From positions 1 to 64,000 of IMG/VR virus record IMGVR_UViG_3300047470_000212: 64,000 nucleotides of DNA; one strand, 5' to 3'. The notes below the pieces were generated by a model. That model saw only the letters and a program-made list of their open reading frames with translations, was not told where the DNA came from and did no database searches. The translations under genes and the position numbers were made by a program. The stretch is from a virus. Positions 8,859 through 17,994 of this stretch are shown here, piece by piece. Every line of letters begins with the position of its first letter. The stretch's first letter is position 1.

Positions 8859-9359
8859 TTACGGCGTGGTGTCCTTCTTCAGCGTCTGCGGCAGGCTCTG
8901 CAAGCACGCCGTCATGAACTCGCCCCGGTCGATCGCGATCGTGGTGTACGAGCCACTCAGGGCCGAGTACTCCATGCTGCACGTCGAGTCGCTGGCCGTC
9001 ATGGTCATGTTGCCTGCGTCGTCGTACACACCCCCGCCGATGACCCCGTTCGCATAGATCCCCATCAGGGTGGACTTACCGAACGTCGGCACCTTCTTGG
9101 TCACCGTCTTCGTGACCACCTTCGGCGGCTGGTTCTTCAGTGCCTTCACCTCGGCCTGCGCCTTGGTCTCCCCCTTGCGAGCGGCGTCGACCTGGTTCTG
9201 CTTGTAGACCCCCATCGTCAACGCAGCAGCGACCGCAATTACCGCGATGCCACCCGCGCCTACCGCCACCCACTTCGACTTACCGCCGACCTGCTTCTCC
9301 TCGGCCAGCGGCTCCTCAAGCATGAGGTCCCCGTCCGCCAGCTCGTTCGTGTCGCTCAC
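8859..9359 (-). CDS. single-pass membrane protein
   Basis: TM segment WVAVGAGGIAVIAVAAALTMGV; GGAGG RBS. Confidence 0.65.
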   Translation of the reverse strand: MSDTNELADGDLMLEEPLAEEKQVGGKSKWVAVGAGGIAVIAVAAALTMGVYKQNQVDAARKGETKAQAEVKALKNQPPKVVTKTVTKKVPTFGKSTLMGIYANGVIGGGVYDDAGNMTMTASDSTCSMEYSALSGSYTTIAIDRGEFMTACLQSLPQTLKKDTTP

Positions 9360-9420
9360 TTGCTTAACCCTCCCTGTACAACGGCTCGTTGGTGCCCCCC
9401 TGGCTCCGCCGTCTCCACGG

Positions 9421-9449
9421 ATTTTGCATGTTCAACTACCCCTCGTCAA
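9421..9449 (-). promoter_or_regulatory. probable promoter for 8859..9359
   Basis: TTGACG-N17-CAAAAT. Confidence 0.5.
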
Positions 9450-9480
9450 GCGTGTTGGCCCTCCCGCTTGCAACCCGCTA

Positions 9481-9528
9481 ATTCCCCGAAATCCCCACCC
9501 CCAATTCCCCGAATCCCCGAATCCCCCG
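9481..9528. repeat. C-run (G-run on minus strand) short repeat array
   Basis: ATTCCCCGAA/ATCCCC units, six runs of at least 4 C. Confidence 0.8.
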
Positions 9529-10218
9529 GCCACTGTGACACTGTCCGGTTCCTACATGCGGTGCGCTGCGCGGCTGTCCGGGCCCCCAGGCTCTGGAATT
9601 TATGCGTTTAAGGGTAGGGGGGTCGTATATATATTCATTGCCGAGCACACTTGACAACGGTTTGTCAACCCGGACACATGGGGCACACCCTAGGCATCGC
9701 GCTTCCCACCAGTATCTGCACCCTTGACCCCTGGAGTGAGCTACATCACATTCGGGGACTATGCATACAGGGCGCAGCATGTCAACAGTTTGGCACGGTG
9801 GATATTATGCAGGGCAATTGCTGTTTATTCACGCTCGGCCACTGCCCTAAACGCTGAATTGAAAGGCTGACAATAGGCCCCGGACATTGGAGGCATTGGC
9901 GCTTTTGTAGCAACTCGACAAATGGACGGCGTGGCAATTACGCGTAATGGCGTGGCGGTCGCATGGCTGGCGGTCGCATGGCCGGAGGGGTAGACGTAGC
10001 TGTGTCTCATGTGCATTGGTCAGCAGTGGGAAGCCTTCCCCCGGCCCCGGATCCGCTGGCCTATGGGTGGTCGAGCGGCTGTGTCGGCACGGGTGGGCAT
10101 GCGGGGCGCTGTGTGGCTGCGTGGGGGCGTTGTAGGGCTTCCCTGGGGGTGGACAGCAGAAAGCCCCCCACCGGCCCGGGATTGGGCGGTGAGGGGCTGT
10201 CGTGGCCCTGCTGTGTGG

Positions 10219-10716
10219 CTAGCGGATGTCGGTGGGGTGCGTGACCTCGTACGCCTCGCGCATGGCCTTAAAGGCCTCCCAGACCTCGCGGCCGTTGGTC
10301 TGCGGGCCGATGCCGTGGCCGTTGCTGGCCGACACGGCGACGGTGCACAGGAAGGACTCCCCGCGACGGTAGGCAAGGTGCGCGTCCGCGTCGGCGCGGC
10401 TGATCACGTAGCCGCAGCGTCCGCGACCGTTGGGCAGTTCGTCGCGGCACTCCCACGCGGCGATTTCGTCGTTTTCGACGATGGGGCGCAGCACGGTGGA
10501 CGTAACCCAGGTGTGCGCGGGGTCGCGGCGGGGGTCGCCCTTGAGCTGCGCGGCGCTCCACCCGTGGCGGTGGGCGTGCAGTCCCGTGTGGGGCAGGGTG
10601 GTGCAGCGGTCGCAGGTGGAGTAGTAACCGCCCTCCGGGGGCTCACTGTCGTACGCGCGGTCACGGGTGCAACCGGGGGTGAGGCACTGCGGGGCGGTGG
10701 TGGTGTTGGCGTCCAT
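10219..10716 (-). CDS. hypothetical protein with Cys pairs
   Basis: 165 aa ORF with GAGG RBS. Confidence 0.55.
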   Translation of the reverse strand: MDANTTTAPQCLTPGCTRDRAYDSEPPEGGYYSTCDRCTTLPHTGLHAHRHGWSAAQLKGDPRRDPAHTWVTSTVLRPIVENDEIAAWECRDELPNGRGRCGYVISRADADAHLAYRRGESFLCTVAVSASNGHGIGPQTNGREVWEAFKAMREAYEVTHPTDIR

Positions 10717-10764
10717 GGGGTGTTCCTCGTTTCCGCGATTTGGTGGGCAGTGTAGGGCGGGTGG

Positions 10765-11097
10765 TCAGTGCTGGGGGCGGCGGATCATGGTTTCTTGCGT
10801 GCCGTAGTCGCGGCTGCGTCCCTTGTTGGGCGCGAACCCGAACCGGGCGTAGAACCGGCGCAGACGGGCCACGCTGCCCCCAAAATCGGCGCTCGGGGTG
10901 GTGGCCAGGTTCAGCCCGTACGCGTCGGCGTAGGCGGTCAGTTCGTCCATGACGGCCGAGCCGGTGCCCGCGTTGCGCGCGCCCTTGGGGACGGTCAGAC
11001 GGGAGAGGATCACGAAGCCTGCCGCGTTCGTCTCGATGGACACGCGCACGCCCGGGAAGGTGTGGGCGATGTGCTGGGCGATGGTGTCGGCGCTCAC
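10765..11097 (-). CDS. GNAT-fold acetyltransferase-like protein
   Basis: LSRLTVPKGARNAGTGSAVM (R/Q-x-x-G-x-G acetyl-CoA motif A) and LRRFYARFGF; AGGAGG RBS before GTG. Confidence 0.65.
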   Translation of the reverse strand: MSADTIAQHIAHTFPGVRVSIETNAAGFVILSRLTVPKGARNAGTGSAVMDELTAYADAYGLNLATTPSADFGGSVARLRRFYARFGFAPNKGRSRDYGTQETMIRRPQH

Positions 11098-11143
11098 GGC
11101 GCGGCCTCCTGGTGTGGGGCGGGTGGTTGGGAAGTGCTGGGGG

Positions 11144-11491
11144 TTAGGCGGTGGTGCGGGCGGCGGTGCCGTCCTCCCGGCCCATGGCGAGGGAGTCGGC
11201 CAACTCCGGGCGCCACGCCAGGGAGCGGCGCAGGTCGGACAGGAACGCGTGCCGGTCGAACGCTTCCCCGTCGGTGTAGGCGTCCACGGCGCCGAGCATG
11301 TACGCGGCGGCGTGGCGTCCCTCGTTCGCCGAAGAGTCCCAAACAAGCTGTCGGGCGGACGGGCTGGCGGCCAGGGTCACGCGGTAGCCGTGGCCGTCGC
11401 GGCCGGTGCCGACGCGGACGGATACGCGCTCTTTGGTGAGGGCGCCGAGGTGGGCGGCGACGGTGGCGGCGACGGTGTGGGTAATGCGCAT
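11144..11491 (-). CDS. hypothetical protein
   Basis: 115 aa ORF with AGGAGG RBS. Confidence 0.6.
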   Translation of the reverse strand: MRITHTVAATVAAHLGALTKERVSVRVGTGRDGHGYRVTLAASPSARQLVWDSSANEGRHAAAYMLGAVDAYTDGEAFDRHAFLSDLRRSLAWRPELADSLAMGREDGTAARTTA

Positions 11492-11566
11492 GGGGTGGCC
11501 CTCCTGGGCGGTGTGGTGGGAGGGGGCCGGAGCGTTTCCCCGGCCCCCGGGAACGTGGGGCGGGTG

Positions 11567-12313
11567 CTACTCGGCGAGACCCTGCGCGGCGTGGAACTTG
11601 GCCGCCTGCTTGAGAGTGGCGCGGTACTCGGCGAGCGACGCGGGGCGGACGGCTTCGAAGTCGCGGGCCCACTTGGGGAGGACGGCTACCTTCTGGTCCT
11701 GGAACTCTCCACCGGCCGCGATCATCGCGTGATTCTGGCCGCGCGTCTCAGTGGCGAGCGCCTTACGGGCGAGCGGGGAGAACATGCCGGAGTGCTTCCG
11801 GTAGGCCGCCTCTTCGCCGTGGCGGTCGACACCGCGACCCGTGCCAGCGTGGCCGAACACATCGTGCACGGCGCGGAACTGGTCGTTCACGTCGTCAGAG
11901 AAGAAGAAGTGCGAGCCGGTAACGGCGGTCGACAGCACGCGCATCCGACCGTTGGCGACGTCGTCGAAGAACGCGCGGGTACCGCCCTGGGCGCTGGTGT
12001 CGTACGGGTCGGCCTCTTCGACGGTAACGACGATGCCGAGGCCGCCGCGCGACACGGGCGCGGTCATGAACTCGAACTGCCGGGCGGTCTCTTCGGCCAT
12101 GGCGCGCCACGCGGCCGGGGCGGCGTTGTCGATGAACGGGAGCGCGTTGTACGCCTCCGCAACCTTGGCGACGGCCGACGGGGCGACGACTACGCGGGAG
12201 TAGTCCCAGTGGTCGCGGGTGGAAAGGCCGTTACGGGCGTTGAAGCGGCGGGCACCCTCGACGACGGACGCGACGGGCGAGAGGGACAGCGCGGGGATGT
12301 TGGCGGTACGCAT
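11567..12313 (-). CDS. hypothetical protein with HDxxGH...EE metal-binding-like motif
   Basis: NDQFRAVHDVFGH...GEEAAY...LATETRGQN. Confidence 0.6.
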   Translation of the reverse strand: MRTANIPALSLSPVASVVEGARRFNARNGLSTRDHWDYSRVVVAPSAVAKVAEAYNALPFIDNAAPAAWRAMAEETARQFEFMTAPVSRGGLGIVVTVEEADPYDTSAQGGTRAFFDDVANGRMRVLSTAVTGSHFFFSDDVNDQFRAVHDVFGHAGTGRGVDRHGEEAAYRKHSGMFSPLARKALATETRGQNHAMIAAGGEFQDQKVAVLPKWARDFEAVRPASLAEYRATLKQAAKFHAAQGLAE

Positions 12314-12438
12314 TTTCGGGGCTCCCTGTTGTGGGGCGGTTGGTGAGTGGTGCGGTGCCAACCTATCCCCGGATACGGCTTGTAAAGCCAGTTTCGGGGA
12401 TAGGTTGACAAGTCTTTATAAAGACGTGACCTAGGGCG

Positions 12439-12621
12439 CTAGAGGGTGCCGAACGAGCGGACGGCGAGAACGGCGATTCCCCGGGCGCGGTAGTCGGCCC
12501 GTATGGCCGTGTCGGCGTCCGCCAGGGAGGCCGCGCGGACGTGGCGCACGCTGGCCAGGGCGCGGGGGGTGGTGCTGCCCGGACGGGCGGGGAAGAGCAC
12601 TTGCAGCGCGTACGTGTGCAC
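12439..12621 (-). CDS. small hypothetical protein
   Basis: 60 aa ORF with AGGAGG RBS. Confidence 0.5.
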   Translation of the reverse strand: MHTYALQVLFPARPGSTTPRALASVRHVRAASLADADTAIRADYRARGIAVLAVRSFGTL

Positions 12622-12662
12622 GGCGCGGCCTCCTGGTGTGGGGCGGGTGGTGGTGGTGGTGG

Positions 12663-13649
12663 CTAGCGGGTGGTGGACGCGTCGCGGTAGTGGGGAACGG
12701 CGCGGGCGTCGGCCAGGAAGCGGGCGACGCGGTCGGCGTCACCGTTGGGGACGTGGGCGTAATTGATGCGCTCCCCGCTCTCCGTGGTCACCCAGACAGT
12801 CACGGGCGCCGGGGCGGGCTCCAGCAGGGCCAGCAGCTCCGCAGTCGTGACCACGGGCAGCGGGAGACCGGAGAGCGACGCGGGGGCGTCCTGGGGGGCG
12901 TCCTGGGCCGTCTCGGCGGCCGGGGCGGGTGCGCCTGCTACGTGCACGACGGTGCGCGTGTCGGTCCAGTTGCGGCCGACCGCTTCGAAGACCTCCGGGC
13001 GGCGGTCGGTGCGGATCACTTCACCGGCGCCGGTCGTGTCGACGATGCCCCGGCAGTACCGCTCTGCCGAACCGTCGGTGTGGCGGAACTCCGCATCTGC
13101 GTACGGGCCCCAGACGCGCCCGGCGTGGTCGCGGTAGCTCCACAGCGTGCGGTACTCGGCGGCCCACACGTACCCGGTGGCGTACTGACGCACCCAGGGG
13201 GCGACGTCGCCGTTACCCGTGATGCCGCTGGGCATGTCGCCTTCGAAAATGATCTCCCCGCCCAGGAAGACATAAAGGCGGGTGCCGTTGCCTTCGACGA
13301 CGGCCGAGACGTGCTGACCGGCCAGCCACAGCGGGCGCATCTGCGCTTCCTGCCAGGTGCGGCAACCCTCCTCCGAGGGGTAGTAGGTGGCGTCCTCCGG
13401 GCGGGCCGGGCGCGGGTGGGTGATGGACAGGTAACGGCGGTCGTTCTCCGCGTCCCAACCCTGGTAGTCGCCGTGCGTGTCGGCGTAGCGGGAGCAGGGG
13501 GAGCAGAAGACCGGCATACGGGCCGCGTCGCCGTTGCTGAGGTAGCGGGCGACCGGGCGACCGCAGACGGTTTCGTCGTTGCCGGTGCTGTAGTGCGTGG
13601 CCTTGCCCTTGCCGACCTGCGCGAGCTGGTAGCCGTTCTGCGTGTCCAT
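12663..13649 (-). CDS. hypothetical protein
   Basis: 328 aa ORF with AAGGAG RBS, after a promoter. Confidence 0.65.
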   Translation of the reverse strand: MDTQNGYQLAQVGKGKATHYSTGNDETVCGRPVARYLSNGDAARMPVFCSPCSRYADTHGDYQGWDAENDRRYLSITHPRPARPEDATYYPSEEGCRTWQEAQMRPLWLAGQHVSAVVEGNGTRLYVFLGGEIIFEGDMPSGITGNGDVAPWVRQYATGYVWAAEYRTLWSYRDHAGRVWGPYADAEFRHTDGSAERYCRGIVDTTGAGEVIRTDRRPEVFEAVGRNWTDTRTVVHVAGAPAPAAETAQDAPQDAPASLSGLPLPVVTTAELLALLEPAPAPVTVWVTTESGERINYAHVPNGDADRVARFLADARAVPHYRDASTTR

Positions 13650-13687
13650 GTCGTGCGCTCCTTCGTGCGGGTGTGTTGGGAGGGCTG

Positions 13688-13716
13688 ACCTTTCCGCAGG
13701 GGGAAAGGCTTGTCAA
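13688..13716 (-). promoter_or_regulatory. housekeeping-sigma promoter (imperfect -10)
   Basis: TTGACA-N17-AAAGGT. Confidence 0.55.
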
Positions 13717-13795
13717 GCCCTTTGAGCACATCGGTTTACAAGTCGTTATGAAGCCGTGACCGGCAGTCCGGGGGGCGGTGTGTTCCCATGGACGC

Positions 13796-13850
13796 CGAAA
13801 GGCCCCCACCGGCCAGCGGTACGCGGTGGGGGCCTTTTGCATGCCCGGGG
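13796..13850 (-). terminator. stem-loop terminator, copy 1 of a 55-bp near-identical repeat
   Basis: AAAGGCCCCCACC...GGTGGGGGCCTTTT; second copy at 16018-16072. Confidence 0.75.
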
Positions 13851-15908
13851 TCAGACGGTGGGGGCGTCGCCGTCGCAGCCGACGGCCAGCAGCAGGCCGT
13901 CCCAGTCGGCAGTGGCCCAGCCCCGGCCACCGGCCCAGTCGGCGCCCTCGGTGAAGGCCTGGCCGAGCAGGTCGTAGGCGTCGGCGATGTTCATCCGCTC
14001 GACGTCCTCACCGAGGCGCACCCAGACGAACAGCTCACGCAGGTGCGCGAGGAAATCAAAATCCGACTGGTGCGCAGCCTGGAAACGCTCAGCCATTCCG
14101 GCCGCGCCGCCCTCGTACATCCCCAGAGGATTCCGGTTCAGTTCCAACGAGGTCTCCCGCGCAGAAATCGACTCGGTGTTCTGCGGGGACGCGGTGACGG
14201 TTTCCGGTGCGCGGTGAACGGGGGTGAGGGTCACAACGTCCCCTTCGGGCTTCACGATGCACACGTAGCCCGTGCCGTCGTAGGACACCAGGGTGTCTCG
14301 CAACTGGGTGCGGACGGCGACGACGTCAGCCGCGTAGTCGGGGGTGACCTCCCGGGGCTCCTGCGAGCGGCCCAACTCCCGGCGCAGTTCGTAGACGTAG
14401 GCGCTCGCGGTGCTGTCGATGGCAGCGCGGGCGATGGTGGCGGCCTCCTCGTCGCTGCGCCACTGGGCGCCGGTTACGCGGGTGTGGTCGTGCTCCTCGA
14501 CGAGCGGGGCCTCCTCGGCCGCCTGCGGGGCCTCCTGGGGCTCCTCGGCCACCACGGGCGCGGGAGTCTCCACAACGGCCGGAGCGGGCGTCTGCGGGGC
14601 CTCCTCGACGACGGGCGCGGGGGTCTCCTCGACGGGAGCCACAGCGGGCGCCGCAACCTTCTTGCGGGGGGTGCTCTTCTTCTTCGGAGCGTCGATCTCG
14701 TACGCCTTGGGCTCCGGCACGGCGGTCTCGACCAGGGTGCAGCGGGTGAGGACGGTTGCCTTGATGCCCTGGTACTCGTCGTGCTCCTTGACGGTCCCCC
14801 GGAAGGTGACGCGCACGCCCGTGTTCTCGCCGAGGGCGTTGTTGGACGCGAACCACTTCACGATCACGCCGGACGTCTCGTCGCGGACCTGGTAGAGGGT
14901 GGTCGAGCCGTACAGGCCGTCGATGTAGCGGATGGACTCGACCATGCCCGTGAAGGTGATGCGGGAGCCCTTGATGCCTGCGGCCTTGTCGGGCGCGGTG
15001 CCGATCCACTCGGAGGGCTTCTCGCTGCGCGCCTTGCGGATGAGGGTCTGCTCGTTGAAGCGGGCCCACGCCTGCGGGGCGGAGACGAGGATGCCGAAGT
15101 TGCGCGAGGAAGCGCGCTTGCCACCCGCGATGGCCTTCAGGTTGAGGACGTACTCAGACGTGCCGCTGAAGTCGTCGGAGAGGATGAACGCGCGGATCTC
15201 GGCGGCCTTGTCCTTGGCCTCGGCAGCGAGCGGGCGCATGGCCTCGGCGAACTCGCGGTCCTGGCGGGCCTTGCCGGGGTTGATGGCGTTGCGCACGAGC
15301 TGCACGGTCGGGGTGGCGTGGTAGTCCTGGGAGCGGACGAAGCCGAAGGCCTTGGTGCACGCCCAGGCGTAGGCGAGGACGGTGTCAGTGGACACGTCGC
15401 GGTCGCCCCCGCCGAAGCCGTAGAACTCCTTCTCCTCGTCGTCGTCGGCCGGGGTGGAGGGCCACGAGATGCCGGTGTCCCAGCCGAGGAAGTCCTTGAT
15501 GCACTGGCGGCCGATCTGCTTCTCTTCGCCGGTCTCCTCGTTCTTGACGAGGAAGGTCTCACGGCGCATGCGGTCCTTGCGGCAGTGGTCGCAAGCGCCC
15601 TCGCGCAGGCCGTCGCGGTCGACGGAGTGGACGCCGGGCGCGGTGCGCACGATCAGGCCCGCGTTCTCGTCCCAGTCCAGGGTGGCGAGGAAGGTCCAGC
15701 CGTTGTGCTTGGGGGCCTCGCCCGTGAACTCGACGTCGTACATGATCTCGACGACCTCGAAGCCCATGTCGTCCTCGCTCTTCACCTCGACCTCGGTGAC
15801 GTTGAGGTCCAGGCGGCCGGACAGGCCCTTCTTCGACGCGCGGGCGTTGATCTTCTCGATCTTCTCCAGCGTGTTGGTGAGCTGGAAGTGGTCGATGCGA
15901 GCGGACAC
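13851..15908 (-). CDS. large hypothetical protein (CxxC, possible OB-fold segment, Pro/Ala/Glu linker)
   Basis: 685 aa; CDHC and IGRQCIKDFLG; VTFRGTVKEHDEYQGIKATVLTRC resembles an OB-fold. Confidence 0.7.
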   Translation of the reverse strand: MSARIDHFQLTNTLEKIEKINARASKKGLSGRLDLNVTEVEVKSEDDMGFEVVEIMYDVEFTGEAPKHNGWTFLATLDWDENAGLIVRTAPGVHSVDRDGLREGACDHCRKDRMRRETFLVKNEETGEEKQIGRQCIKDFLGWDTGISWPSTPADDDEEKEFYGFGGGDRDVSTDTVLAYAWACTKAFGFVRSQDYHATPTVQLVRNAINPGKARQDREFAEAMRPLAAEAKDKAAEIRAFILSDDFSGTSEYVLNLKAIAGGKRASSRNFGILVSAPQAWARFNEQTLIRKARSEKPSEWIGTAPDKAAGIKGSRITFTGMVESIRYIDGLYGSTTLYQVRDETSGVIVKWFASNNALGENTGVRVTFRGTVKEHDEYQGIKATVLTRCTLVETAVPEPKAYEIDAPKKKSTPRKKVAAPAVAPVEETPAPVVEEAPQTPAPAVVETPAPVVAEEPQEAPQAAEEAPLVEEHDHTRVTGAQWRSDEEAATIARAAIDSTASAYVYELRRELGRSQEPREVTPDYAADVVAVRTQLRDTLVSYDGTGYVCIVKPEGDVVTLTPVHRAPETVTASPQNTESISARETSLELNRNPLGMYEGGAAGMAERFQAAHQSDFDFLAHLRELFVWVRLGEDVERMNIADAYDLLGQAFTEGADWAGGRGWATADWDGLLLAVGCDGDAPTV

Positions 15909-15946
15909 GGGAGCCTCCTGATGCGGAGCGGTTGTTGACGGGCACG

Positions 15947-15975
15947 ACCTTACGGAGGTGCTTACCGCTTGTCAA
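15947..15975 (-). promoter_or_regulatory. housekeeping-sigma promoter
   Basis: TTGACA-N17-TAAGGT. Confidence 0.75.
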
Positions 15976-16017
15976 TCGCTTCCGCGCAGCGGCTTTCCAT
16001 GGTTCTATGTGCAGACA

Positions 16018-16072
16018 CGAAAGGCCCCCACCGGCCAGCTCGACGCGGTGGGGGCCTTTTGCATGCCCGGGG
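16018..16072 (-). terminator. stem-loop terminator, copy 2 of the 55-bp repeat
   Basis: Identical to 13796-13850 except 3 loop bases. Confidence 0.75.
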
Positions 16073-16073
16073 C

Positions 16074-16535
16074 CTACTCGGCCTTGTAGAGGGCGCCTCG
16101 GATGTTGCGGCGCAGGAGGCGGTACAGGACGGACCAGCCGGTCTTCTTGTCCGGCGGGGCCGGGAGGCCGTGGTCGGCTTCCCAGGCCGCCTGCACTCGC
16201 CGGATCAGGGCGTTCCACTGGTTGCCGTCGATGAGCGGTGCGCAGGTTCCGCAGGCCATCCAGTCGCCCTCGTAGCCCTGCATCTTCCCGCTGGCCGGAC
16301 TACGGCCCGCCAGGAAATCCGCCACCGGCAGAACCCACTTTTCCGATACGAGATCGTCGTTGCAGAAGTCGCAGCGGCCCAGGACTTTTCCGTCCTCGGG
16401 TTTCACGGGAATTGCCTTGTGGCCGGAGAGGGAATCCTGCTCGTGGTGCTCCCAGGTCTCCTCCCCCGTACCCTTCGCAACGTTCCGCTCCAGGGGGCGC
16501 TTGCAGACCTTGCAGACCATCGGTGGGGTACTCAC
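16074..16535 (-). CDS. hypothetical Zn-finger-like protein
   Basis: CKVC, CDFC and CGTC pairs; GTG coupled to the upstream TGA. Confidence 0.6.
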   Translation of the reverse strand: MSTPPMVCKVCKRPLERNVAKGTGEETWEHHEQDSLSGHKAIPVKPEDGKVLGRCDFCNDDLVSEKWVLPVADFLAGRSPASGKMQGYEGDWMACGTCAPLIDGNQWNALIRRVQAAWEADHGLPAPPDKKTGWSVLYRLLRRNIRGALYKAE

Positions 16536-17134
16536 TGGGCGATCTCCTGCCCCGGGGAGAGGATGCGGAACCCGGTGCCGTCGTCGGCCGCCAGCTCGTG
16601 GCCGTCCTCCATGTCGGTGATGTGCGCGGCCAGCTCGCCGTAGCGCAGTCCGTGACGCTGCATCTCGTTGGTGAGGGTGCCCCAGGCCGCATCGTGGGCG
16701 GTGTCGGCGGTGCGCACCGTGCGCCACACCGTGCCCTCGTGGCGGTCCTTGATCTGCGCCCAGTAGGACGTGGCCTTGTCGGTGGCGTTGTCCAGGTACC
16801 AGTTCTTCAGGTCCGCGAAGAAGAGGGCCGTGGGGTCCGAGCTGTCCGGGTCGGGGAACTTCTGCTCGTGGCTGTCGCACAGCAGGGCGACGACCTGCTT
16901 GCGGGTGAGCCGGAGGTTGTAGGTCGGCTCCTCCGCCTTCTCCTCGACGGTGACGCGGAAGGTGCGGGTGGCGTCGGTGCCGGTGCCGTCGTTGACCAGG
17001 ACGTCCAGAGCCCAGGGGCCGCTCGCCTCCGGGTTGACGAAGTCGACGTTCAGCACGTCCTCCGTGCGCAGGCTCGGGCGGGCCGGGCTGGAGAGCATGT
17101 CGCCGATCAGCTTGCGAAGACCGAGAAGGTTCAT
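16532..17134 (-). CDS. hypothetical protein
   Basis: 200 aa ORF with AAGGAG RBS, after a promoter. Confidence 0.65.
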   Translation of the reverse strand: MNLLGLRKLIGDMLSSPARPSLRTEDVLNVDFVNPEASGPWALDVLVNDGTGTDATRTFRVTVEEKAEEPTYNLRLTRKQVVALLCDSHEQKFPDPDSSDPTALFFADLKNWYLDNATDKATSYWAQIKDRHEGTVWRTVRTADTAHDAAWGTLTNEMQRHGLRYGELAAHITDMEDGHELAADDGTGFRILSPGQEIAQ

Positions 17135-17176
17135 CTTTCGCTCCTTGTCAGGGCGGGGTGGTTGGTGACAGGGACG

Positions 17177-17205
17177 AACCTAGTCACAGCAATACGTGTT
17201 GTCAA
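17177..17205 (-). promoter_or_regulatory. housekeeping-sigma promoter
   Basis: TTGACA-N17-TAGGTT. Confidence 0.75.
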
Positions 17206-17219
17206 GCGCTATCGTGAAT

Positions 17220-17441
17220 CTACTTGGCAGCGGTGTGCTTGCGCTGGACGATGCGACCCTTGGGCTTCGGCTGCTCGACCTCCGGATCCCAGTTCGGCGG
17301 GAAGACGGGGACGATCACGACGTCGCTCATCTCCGGTTCGAGCTGCCGCTTGCGGTCCTCGGCGCTCGGCCGGTCGTAGCTCACGACGGACACCTTCCGG
17401 TGACCGTTGGCGTCGGTCCACAGGACCTTGAAGTTCTCCAC
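17220..17441 (-). CDS. hypothetical protein
   Basis: 73 aa ORF with AGGAG RBS. Confidence 0.55.
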   Translation of the reverse strand: MENFKVLWTDANGHRKVSVVSYDRPSAEDRKRQLEPEMSDVVIVPVFPPNWDPEVEQPKPKGRIVQRKHTAAK

Positions 17442-17450
17442 GAGGTGCTC

Positions 17451-17981
17451 CTAGTCGCCGAGCTGCTTGTGGCCCTGCGCGTGCAGCACCCTGTCGAGCA
17501 TCTGGATAGCGGAGTTGGCTTCGTATGTGGGGATGAGGCACTCGACCTGGCCGTAGAGCATCAGGCGCACCGTCTCGATCCCGGTCTCTTCGTCCTCGGT
17601 GACCTTCCACCCGGAGATGGCATCGGTCTTGCCGAGGTCTTCAAGGATCTTGATGGACTCCCCGGTGAGCCCGCCCGAGAGGGTGGCGATCAGGAGGGGG
17701 ACGGTGTCCTCTTCCATGATCCAGACGCTCTTCTCGCCCTCACCGTCCTGGGCGACGAGTCCCACGCACTTGTCCGGCCGCCCGGCGACCTGGACGTACT
17801 GGGCTCCACTCAGGTCGCGGGCGACGAACGGCTTCTTCGGTTCCCTGCTCCGCTCGATCTCGTGATTGTTCACGGCCAGGTCGCAGACCGCGAGCAGCAG
17901 CTCGTCGGCGCGGGGCCGATCGAAACCAGCCTCCAGCATGGCGTCCAGGGCCTTGTCGTAGGCGGTCGGTTCGTAGGTCAC
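17451..17981 (-). CDS. hypothetical protein
   Basis: GTG start after AGGAG. Confidence 0.6.
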   Translation of the reverse strand: MTYEPTAYDKALDAMLEAGFDRPRADELLLAVCDLAVNNHEIERSREPKKPFVARDLSGAQYVQVAGRPDKCVGLVAQDGEGEKSVWIMEEDTVPLLIATLSGGLTGESIKILEDLGKTDAISGWKVTEDEETGIETVRLMLYGQVECLIPTYEANSAIQMLDRVLHAQGHKQLGD

Positions 17982-17994
17982 AATGTGCTCCTGA

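Noticed and set aside
9360-10200. tRNA genes in the non-coding island or other intergenic gaps
   Set aside because: No cloverleaf with a T-loop GTTCRA and acceptor stem was recognisable by eye; tRNAscan-SE would be needed to exclude them.
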